A DNA stretch of 32,000 nt from Mucisphaera calidilacus (GTDB lineage Bacteria; Planctomycetota; Phycisphaerae; Phycisphaerales; Phycisphaeraceae), in contig NZ_CP036280.1 in the NCBI RefSeq assembly GCF_007748075.1, positions 1,140,001 to 1,172,000 on the forward strand, written 5' to 3'. The translations under genes were made by a program, and so were the position numbers. Numbering within the stretch: position 1 is the first letter of the stretch; each line of letters begins with the position of its first letter. The notes under the pieces were generated by a model. It did not search any database. It saw nothing but the letters and a program-made list of their open reading frames with translations, and was not told the DNA's origin. Of the stretch, positions 23,225 to 30,280 are shown piece after piece.

Positions 23225-23866
23225 ATGACGCAGATGATCTGCATGGCAAATTCGATTCGTGAAGGTGACCGATGCGTCGCGGGCATTGAGGTCGGCACTG
23301 GCCGTTGGATTCGACCCGTGCCTCCGGCAGGCGGGGGCATTCCCACGCGTCACGTCAACTTCGGCGGCCATTTGCTCGAACCGCTCGACATCGTTGAGTT
23401 GAACGTTCAGCCTCCGCAGATGACGACACGGTATCAGTGCGAAAACTGCGTGATGCCCGCCTACGACTGGCGGATCGTCGGAAAAGCGGAGCCGATCCAT
23501 CTCTTGCCGTGCTGTGAACGCACGACGCCGATTCTGCACACCGATACGGATCGCGTGGCCCCGGCCCTGCTTGAGCAGCTTCCGCCCGCACAGTGGAGAT
23601 CGCTTCAGCTGGTCCGTGCCAACCCGGTCACGTTCGGCCAAGACTACTGGAACCAGCGTCGTTGGCGGGCCAGTTTTCACGACGAAGCCGGGAACCATTA
23701 CTCGCTCAAGGTCACTGACCCACTGGCGTGCGATCGGCTCGCGCGGGGTGAGGAGATCGGCCAGGATTGCATATTGACGATCAGCCTGATCGAGCCGTGG
23801 ACGCACAACGCCGAAGAGAAGCCGCCCACGTGCTACAAGCTCGTGGCTGCGGTCGTTGAGCTGTGA
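23225..23866 (+). CDS. Hypothetical protein, possibly of the 'dual OB domain' type
   Basis: The N-terminus MICMANSIREGDRCVAGIEVGTGRWIRPV resembles, from memory, proteins annotated as dual OB domain-containing. No enzymatic motif seen. It lies 11 nt after DUF488 paralog 2 and 19 nt before hsdR. Confidence 0.55.
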   Translation: MTQMICMANSIREGDRCVAGIEVGTGRWIRPVPPAGGGIPTRHVNFGGHLLEPLDIVELNVQPPQMTTRYQCENCVMPAYDWRIVGKAEPIHLLPCCERTTPILHTDTDRVAPALLEQLPPAQWRSLQLVRANPVTFGQDYWNQRRWRASFHDEAGNHYSLKVTDPLACDRLARGEEIGQDCILTISLIEPWTHNAEEKPPTCYKLVAAVVEL

Positions 23867-23885
23867 TGAAGGACGGAGAATCAAT

Positions 23886-26800
23886 ATGCCCGTAAACCAC
23901 AAAGAGATCGCCTTCGAAGCCGCCATCGAGCACCACCTGACGACGGCGGGCGGGTACGTCAAGGGTGACCGCGACGGGTTTGATTCGCACCGGGCGATCT
24001 TCCCGGCGGATGTGCTCGCGTTCATCAAGGCGACGCAGCCGGATGAGTGGGCGTACCTGGAGGGTATCCAGAAGGCCAAGGCCGAGGAGACGCTGCTGGA
24101 CGATCTGTGCCGGGCGCTGGATTCGGAGCACGAGGGCTGCCTTTCGGTACTGCGGCACGGGTTCAAGTGCTTCGGCAAGCTGTTTCACGTGGCCTACTTC
24201 GCCCCGGCCAGCGGGATGAACCCGGAGACGAAGAAGCGGTACGAGGCCAACCGGCTGACGATCACGCGGCAATTGAAGTACTCGCCCAAGCACAACAACA
24301 CGCTGGACGTGACGTTGGCGATCAACGGCATCCCGGTGGCGACGGCGGAACTGAAGAACCCGATGACCGCCCAGACCTGGCGGCACGCGGTGACGCAGTA
24401 CAAGAACGACCGCGATCCGGGCGACCTGATCTTCCAGTTCAAGCATCGGGCGCTGGTGCATTTCGCCGTGGACACCGACGAGGTCTACATGACCACGCGG
24501 CTGTCGGGCAGCAAGACGTACTTCCTGCCGTTCAACAAGGGCTGCGGTGGCGGCGGCGGGAACCCGGAGAACACGTCCGGGGGCGGCGGATACAAGACGG
24601 CGTACCTGTGGGAGGAGGTGCTGGAGCGGCACAGCTTCCTGGACATCCTGGCGCGGTTCATCCACCTACAGATCGAGGAGAAAAAGCTCGGCGACAAGAA
24701 GGTCAAGAAGCAGACGATGATCTTCCCCCGCTACCACCAGCTCGACTGCGTGCGGGAGATGGTGGCCGACGCACGCGAGCGTGGTGTTGGGAACAACTAC
24801 CTCGTGCAGCATTCGGCGGGCAGCGGCAAGAGCAACTCCATCGCCTGGCTGGCGCACCGGCTGAGCAGCTTGTACGACGAGCAGGATGAGAAGGTCTTCG
24901 ACTCGGTGATCGTCGTGACCGATCGCGTTGTGCTGGATCAGCAGCTTCAGTACACGATCTACCAGTTCGAGCACAAGCAAGGCGTCGTGGAGAAGATCGA
25001 GATCAACTCGACGCAGCTGGCCGAGGCGCTGGGTGCCGGTGTGCCGATCATCATCACAACCCTGCAGAAGTTCCCGTTCGTGACCGAGAAGATCGGTGAC
25101 CTGCCGAAGAAGCGGTATGCGGTCATCGTCGATGAGGCCCACAGCTCCCAGGGCGGTGAGACAGCCACCGAACTCAAGGGCGTGCTGGCGGGCGCAACGA
25201 TCAAGGAAGAAGCCAAGGCGAAGGCCGAAGCGGAAGGGCTGCCCGACTACGAGGAAGAGATTCTCAAGGCGATGGCCAAGCGCGGCAAACAGCCGAACAT
25301 GAGCTTCTTCGCGTTCACGGCCACGCCCAAGTACAAGACGCTGGAAGTTTTCGGCCAGCTGGGGCCGGATGGCAAGCCCCGGCCGTTCCATCTCTACAGC
25401 ATGCGGCAAGCCATCGACGAAGGCTTCATCCTTGACGTGCTGCAGAACTACACGACGTATAAGACCTACTACCGGCTGATCAAGTCCATCGAGGACGATC
25501 CGAAGGTGGACAAGCGCAAGGCGGCGCGGGCACTGGCCCGGTTCATGAGCCTGCATCCGCACAACATCGCGCAGAAGACCGAGGTGATGGTCGAGCACTT
25601 CCGCCATTTCACGCTGCACAAGAACGGCGGCAAAGCCAAGGCGATGGTGGTCACGTCGAGCCGCCTGCACGCGGTCAAGTACAAGCAGGCGTTCGACAAG
25701 TACATCAAAGAGAAGGGCTACACCGAGATCAAAACGCTGGTGGCCTTCTCCGGCACGGTGATCGACCCGGATGCGCCAGGTGTTGAGTACACCGAGTCGG
25801 CGATGAACATCGACGCCCAGGGCAAGCACATCGGCCAGAAGGAGTTGCCCGAGCGGTTCGCCACCGAGGAATACCAAGTGCTGCTGGTGGCCGAGAAGTA
25901 CCAGACAGGCTTCGATCAACCGCTGTTGCACACGATGTACGTCGACAAGCGATTGGCGGGCATCCAGGCGGTGCAGACGCTGTCGCGCCTGAACCGGACG
26001 CATCCGGGCAAGGAGGACACGTTCGTCCTGGACTTCGTGAACGAGCCGGATGAGATTCTCGCCGCCTTCCAGCCGTACTACGAGCAGACGCTGGTCGGAG
26101 AGCAGGCTGACCCGAAGCAGCTGTACGAGTTGCAGGCGAAGCTCGACGCCCAGCAGGTCTACCACAAGACCGAGGTCGATGAGTTCTGCCGGGTGTTTTA
26201 CAAGCCCAAGCGGAACCAAACGCCGACCGACCACGCCCGGATGAATGCGTGCATCGACCCCGCCGTCGGGCGGTTCACCGAGTTTGATGAAGAGGAGCGG
26301 GAGGAGTTTCGCAAGACGCTGACGGCGTTTCGGAACTTGTATTCGTTCCTGTCGCAGGTCATCCCGTTCCAGGATACCGACTTGGAGAAGCTGTATTCGT
26401 ACATCCGGTTCCTGCTCACGAAGCTCCCCAAAGGCGACAGCGGGCCGGTGTACCACTTCGATGACGACGTGTCGCTCAAGTACTACCGCCTGCAGAAGAT
26501 CGGCGAAGGCTCGATTGATCTTGAGGCAGGCAAGACGGAGCCGGTCGATGGGCCGACATCGGTGGGCACGAAAGCGGCGCACCCTGACGAAATTGAGCTG
26601 TCGCAGTTGATCGACATCCTGAACGAGCGGTTCGGCACGGAGTTCAAGCCTGGCGATCAGCTGTTTTTTGAGTCGATCCGGGAAGATGCCGTGGCGGACG
26701 ATGCTCTGCGGCAGGCGGCGAAGGCGAACACGATTGAGAACTTTGGCTACGTCTTCCGCAAGGCACTGGAAGGCCTGTTCATCGACCGCATGGACCAGAA

Positions 26801-26945
26801 CGAAGAGATCACCGCCCGCTACATGAACGAAGAGCGGTTCCGCGAGGCGGTCAGCCAGCATCTTCTCAAGGATGTGTACGACCACATCCGAGATGAGGCG
26901 GTGACTGCAGGGAGTATCTCGGAAGCACCCAACCAAGAAGGTTAA
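23886..26945 (+). CDS. hsdR: Type I restriction endonuclease subunit R
   Basis: N-terminal nuclease region (LDVTLAINGIPVATAELKN). Walker A HSAGSGKS. DEAH box VIVDEAHSSQ. Motif VI-like QTLSRLNR. About 1019 aa from ATG 23886 behind GGAG. Confidence 0.95.
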   Translation: MPVNHKEIAFEAAIEHHLTTAGGYVKGDRDGFDSHRAIFPADVLAFIKATQPDEWAYLEGIQKAKAEETLLDDLCRALDSEHEGCLSVLRHGFKCFGKLFHVAYFAPASGMNPETKKRYEANRLTITRQLKYSPKHNNTLDVTLAINGIPVATAELKNPMTAQTWRHAVTQYKNDRDPGDLIFQFKHRALVHFAVDTDEVYMTTRLSGSKTYFLPFNKGCGGGGGNPENTSGGGGYKTAYLWEEVLERHSFLDILARFIHLQIEEKKLGDKKVKKQTMIFPRYHQLDCVREMVADARERGVGNNYLVQHSAGSGKSNSIAWLAHRLSSLYDEQDEKVFDSVIVVTDRVVLDQQLQYTIYQFEHKQGVVEKIEINSTQLAEALGAGVPIIITTLQKFPFVTEKIGDLPKKRYAVIVDEAHSSQGGETATELKGVLAGATIKEEAKAKAEAEGLPDYEEEILKAMAKRGKQPNMSFFAFTATPKYKTLEVFGQLGPDGKPRPFHLYSMRQAIDEGFILDVLQNYTTYKTYYRLIKSIEDDPKVDKRKAARALARFMSLHPHNIAQKTEVMVEHFRHFTLHKNGGKAKAMVVTSSRLHAVKYKQAFDKYIKEKGYTEIKTLVAFSGTVIDPDAPGVEYTESAMNIDAQGKHIGQKELPERFATEEYQVLLVAEKYQTGFDQPLLHTMYVDKRLAGIQAVQTLSRLNRTHPGKEDTFVLDFVNEPDEILAAFQPYYEQTLVGEQADPKQLYELQAKLDAQQVYHKTEVDEFCRVFYKPKRNQTPTDHARMNACIDPAVGRFTEFDEEEREEFRKTLTAFRNLYSFLSQVIPFQDTDLEKLYSYIRFLLTKLPKGDSGPVYHFDDDVSLKYYRLQKIGEGSIDLEAGKTEPVDGPTSVGTKAAHPDEIELSQLIDILNERFGTEFKPGDQLFFESIREDAVADDALRQAAKANTIENFGYVFRKALEGLFIDRMDQNEEITARYMNEERFREAVSQHLLKDVYDHIRDEAVTAGSISEAPNQEG

Positions 26946-27002
26946 CGCTGACCGATGCGTGCGAAATCGAAGGACACATTACGGGAAGAGATACTTCGCA
27001 GC

Positions 27003-27437
27003 TTACGGCGGCAAGGCTACACGGTGTGCAATGACCGCATCGCGATACCGCAGCTTGAGGAGTCGCCAAGTTGTTCGTTGGTCAACCCATTCGGTATTCC
27101 GAGTGATCGGCCGCACATCCCGCTCGGTGATCGTGTCATTGCCGGTGTGGACCAGCGGTAGATTCAGCAGTTCCTCCTGAATGTCCGGCGCGAGGTGCAG
27201 CAGATTCATGATCTGCGTCATCCGTGGCTGCGTCACGCGGGTGAGGCGGGCGAGATCAGACATGCTGGCGACTTCGCCATTAACGAGCATTTTATCGAAG
27301 CGGATCGCTAGGGCCATCAATTTCGAGACGCGCGGGATGCGCCCCGTCGGCGGCGACGGTTCGGGCGGCGGACCGGTCTTGATGACCTTGTGTCTTGTCT
27401 TGCGGGCGAAGTGGATCTCGTGCGTGACGGTTGTCAT
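27003..27437 (-). CDS. ParB/KorB-like HTH protein that accompanies the serine recombinase
   Basis: LARLTRVTQPRMTQIMNLLHLAPDIQEELLNLP is a motif I recognise from genes adjacent to DUF2924-recombinase pairs. ATGA overlap with the recombinase stop codon. Confidence 0.7.
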   Translation of the reverse strand: MTTVTHEIHFARKTRHKVIKTGPPPEPSPPTGRIPRVSKLMALAIRFDKMLVNGEVASMSDLARLTRVTQPRMTQIMNLLHLAPDIQEELLNLPLVHTGNDTITERDVRPITRNTEWVDQRTTWRLLKLRYRDAVIAHRVALPP

Positions 27438-29005
27438 GCGGCTTGCTCGATTCGACGGTCGATGAGCGACCGGATGCTGGTCGGGTGGAAGGTGACCGAC
27501 ACGGTACCGGCCTGCCCGTCGTAGTCCACTGTGGCAATCAGCAGCTTCAGAAGCCGCGCCTGCTCGCGGGGGATCAGGTTCGCCCACAACTCGTCGAACT
27601 CGCCGAAGGCGGCTTGGGCATCGACGCGCGTGATGACTTCGCTTTCGATGTCACTGACCCGGGCTTTGAGGTGCGGCTCTTGCCGGTTTCCGTCGGCGAG
27701 GCGGGTGTGCAGATCGGCGACGCGGGAGGTGGTCTGGTCATCCGTACGGCTGCTCGCGGCCAAACGTTTCAGTTCGCGGCTGTCACGGTCCAGTTGCCGC
27801 CGCAGGTCGTCAAGATCGCGTTGTGCGGCCACCCGTTCGCCCTGGATCGCCGCGTGGGCCTCTGTGAGTACCTGGGCAAGCAACGCTTCGTCTTCGCCCA
27901 AGCGGCGAACCTCGTCCACAACCAAGGCCTCGATCTCCTGAGCTGGAAGCGTTTGGGACGTGCAGGCATCACGACCGTTCTTGATCTCATGCGTGCACCG
28001 GTAGTATCGGTAGAGGTGGCGGCCCTTGCCACGATGGAACGTATGCGTCATCGCCGTGTCGCACCCCTTGCACCTCAGCAGGCCACGCAGCAGTGCACCG
28101 TACTTATTACGCACTTCCGCACCGCCGGTCCGTCCGTTTTCCTTGAGCTGGTGCTGGACCTTGTCGAACAGTTCCTGCTCGATGATGGGCTCGTGCTCGC
28201 CCGGGTACAGATCGCCCTTGTAGGTCATCTGCCCGGTATAGATCGGGTTGGTCAGCAGGGCGTGAAGCATGGCCTTGTCGAACCGACGCCCGCCGACTTG
28301 CTTGCCCTTCTTCGTGGTGCGTCGCTTATTGGGCCAGCTGCGTCGTGCTAGCTCCTTGACCACCGGGAGCAGCGACGCCTCACGAAGGTACATGCGGAAG
28401 ATCTCACGAACTCGGGCTGATTCCTTCGCGTTGATGACCAGGCGAGGGCTTGGCCCCGAGCGATCGACGTCGTAGCCGAGCACCGGAACGCCGCCGGTCC
28501 ACTTGCCCTTGCGGGCCTGCGCCGCCAGCTTGTCGCGGATGCGTTCGCCGATGATCTCCCGCTCGAACTGGGCGAAGCTCAGCAGGATGTTGAGCGTCAA
28601 CCTGCCCATCGAATGCGTCGTGTTGAAGTGCTGCGTCACCGACACGAACGAGACCCCTTGGCGCTCGAACGTCTCCATGATGCGTGCGAAGTCCATCAGC
28701 GATCGGCTCAGGCGGTCGACCTTATAGACCACCACGCAGTCGACCTTGCCGGCGTCGATGTCACGTAGCAGACGCTCAAGCGCGGGCCGTTCCATGCTTC
28801 CGCCGGAGTACCCGCCGTCGTCGTAGCGATCGGGCAGCGCCGTCCACCCCTCGGCCTTCTGGCTGGCAATGAACGACTCGGCCGCTTCGCGCTGGGCATC
28901 GAGCGCGTTGAACTCCTGGTCGAGGCCTTCCTCGCTCGACTTGCGGGTGTAGATCGCACACCGCACCGTTGTCTTGACGGGTGTCTTGTTCTTCGCTCGA
29001 CTCAT
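27434..29005 (-). CDS. Large serine recombinase (integrase)
   Basis: Resolvase catalytic domain (AIYTRKSS...VVYKVDRLSRS), recombinase domain, zinc ribbon (CKGCDTAM...YYRCTH) and coiled-coil tail. Start at ATG 29005, overlapping the DUF2924 stop codon (ATGA). Confidence 0.95.
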   Translation of the reverse strand: MSRAKNKTPVKTTVRCAIYTRKSSEEGLDQEFNALDAQREAAESFIASQKAEGWTALPDRYDDGGYSGGSMERPALERLLRDIDAGKVDCVVVYKVDRLSRSLMDFARIMETFERQGVSFVSVTQHFNTTHSMGRLTLNILLSFAQFEREIIGERIRDKLAAQARKGKWTGGVPVLGYDVDRSGPSPRLVINAKESARVREIFRMYLREASLLPVVKELARRSWPNKRRTTKKGKQVGGRRFDKAMLHALLTNPIYTGQMTYKGDLYPGEHEPIIEQELFDKVQHQLKENGRTGGAEVRNKYGALLRGLLRCKGCDTAMTHTFHRGKGRHLYRYYRCTHEIKNGRDACTSQTLPAQEIEALVVDEVRRLGEDEALLAQVLTEAHAAIQGERVAAQRDLDDLRRQLDRDSRELKRLAASSRTDDQTTSRVADLHTRLADGNRQEPHLKARVSDIESEVITRVDAQAAFGEFDELWANLIPREQARLLKLLIATVDYDGQAGTVSVTFHPTSIRSLIDRRIEQAA

Positions 29006-29541
29006 CGCGTGGTTCCCAGCCTGAAGAAGCGAAACCCGTTCATGTGGCTGCCGGTGACTCTCTTCGCGACGGCCGTCAGCGTCCGGAAGCGTTCCCCATC
29101 GCACTCGAAGCCTTGACCATCCTTGAGGACGACGGCCCGGATGGTACGGCCCTTGTATTCACGGACCAGCGCCGTGCCCGGCGGCGGGATCCGCGGGTCG
29201 GTGGGTTTGGCGGGACCGCGTGACATCGGGCGTGTGACTGTCACCGTCTCGCCGGTCTGTGGCGGGCAGATCATGGTCTTTGGTGCCATTACCCTTACCT
29301 CGGCGTCGTTCGCCAGTTCGAACGCCCGCTCCCGGATACGGCGGGCACGCTCTGACAGGTCGCCCTCGGCGTTGGCCTGGATGCGCCAGGCGTTCTTGCG
29401 TATCAGGTAGGCCCGGTGGCGGGTGCGGCAGGGCTGGCCGTGCAGATCCCTGTAGAGGTTGGCCAGCTCGCCGGTCGTCATGTCGTCCAGTGCGGCGAGC
29501 TGCGTTGTCGTGTCTTGCATGCGTGTGGTTCCTTTCGTCAT
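29002..29541 (-). CDS. DUF2924 domain protein
   Basis: ELANLYRDLHGQPCRTRHRAYLIRKNAWRIQANAEGDLSERARRIRE... and the C-terminal REYKGRTIRAVVLKDGQGFECDGERFRTLTAVAKRVTGSHMNGFRFF fit DUF2924. Alternative start at 29520. Confidence 0.8.
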   Translation of the reverse strand: MTKGTTRMQDTTTQLAALDDMTTGELANLYRDLHGQPCRTRHRAYLIRKNAWRIQANAEGDLSERARRIRERAFELANDAEVRVMAPKTMICPPQTGETVTVTRPMSRGPAKPTDPRIPPPGTALVREYKGRTIRAVVLKDGQGFECDGERFRTLTAVAKRVTGSHMNGFRFFRLGTTR

Positions 29542-29561
29542 ACGTTGCGAGACTCGACCCG

Positions 29562-29810
29562 CTAACCGGCGCTTCCGGGGGTGGGTCGTTGAGTCACACT
29601 TAGCCTCGTTTTCGAAGGAACATCAAGTCCGTTCTGCGGCCCCGGTGAAGATGTTTCGCCCGCGTCATCATGTTGCGATTGGGTTGCCCGAACGTAGCGA
29701 ACCAGGCCTGCGGCGAGAATGCTGGCGACCTCGTCACGGCGTTCGCTTTCGGTCATGGTTCGTGGGTCATGAGTCGAGATCATGCGGTCTCCAATGCGGG
29801 GCGAAAACAT
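29562..29810 (-). CDS. Small hypothetical protein, first gene of the recombinase operon
   Basis: GAGAGGA RBS before ATG 29810. TESERRDEVASILAAGLVRY resembles small ORFs seen upstream of DUF2924 genes. The C-terminal part is low complexity. Confidence 0.5.
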   Translation of the reverse strand: MFSPRIGDRMISTHDPRTMTESERRDEVASILAAGLVRYVRATQSQHDDAGETSSPGPQNGLDVPSKTRLSVTQRPTPGSAG

Positions 29811-29823
29811 GCAGTCCTCTCAT

Positions 29824-29858
29824 TAGTTACCTATGCGAACTGGCGCGGCCGGTCCCGA
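29824..29858 (-). promoter_or_regulatory. Bipartite 35-nt motif, copy B
   Basis: The same 15-nt and 12-nt blocks and 8-nt spacer length as copy A (11250-11284). It ends 13 nt upstream of the ATG of the recombinase-operon leader gene. Confidence 0.5.
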
Positions 29859-30080
29859 CTTGCCATAACCGCAAGGTCATGATTCCGAACTGGGCGGCTT
29901 CTACTTCGAACCCAACCTGCCCATAACCCGAGCCTCTGTCTCTGCTCGGTTAAGAGAGACTTTGGGCCCCGGCAGGGCGGTTTGATGGCGAGAGCCGCGG
30001 ACCTGTTTATGGCGTGCGTGGCATCAGAGACACAGCCCGAAATGGCTGTGGGCTGTAACCTGCTGCGAGAACTGGCGTAG

Positions 30081-30117
30081 AAAGCGAAAACGCCGCCGAG
30101 TTCTCTCGACGGCGTTC
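30081..30117 (-). terminator. Intrinsic terminator downstream of tRNA-fMet
   Basis: In the minus-strand RNA, CGCCGTCGAG-AGAA-CTCGGCGGCG forms a 10-bp stem (one G-U pair) with a tetraloop, followed by UUUUCGCUUUC. Confidence 0.7.
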
Positions 30118-30161
30118 TGCGTTTACCGTGGGGCCGGTGAGTTGTGCAACCGGCCGGTTAA

Positions 30162-30235
<74 letters not shown>

Positions 30236-30280
30236 TCTGTGAACATCATGTTAGGGCCAAAAGCCTCCTAGGTCAATCGC

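Larger units (their letters stand above)
1557..29858. mobile_element. Integrated prophage-like/satellite-like element (minimum extent; left end not determined, right end between 29859 and about 30080)
   Basis: Contains a serine integrase module next to a tRNA gene, a phage recombination/replication module, an iteron origin, ImmA-type regulation, and cargo (type I R-M, mazEF, possibly fic). No structural genes in the window. Confidence 0.6.

Noticed and set aside
29900-29935. Possible partial duplicate of the tRNA-fMet T-arm/anticodon region (TTCGAACC ... CATAACCCG), which would act as an att direct repeat
   Set aside because: Only the 8-mer TTCGAACC and a short loop-like string match. The surrounding alignment is about 50 percent, and the CATAACCC piece is in the opposite sense relative to the T-arm piece. 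This is consistent with chance.
29984-30080. 32-codon ORF (MARAADLF...) between the element and the tRNA terminator
   Set aside because: It has no RBS and no recognisable similarity, and it is very short. It is probably non-coding spacer containing a 7-bp hairpin (30031-30050).
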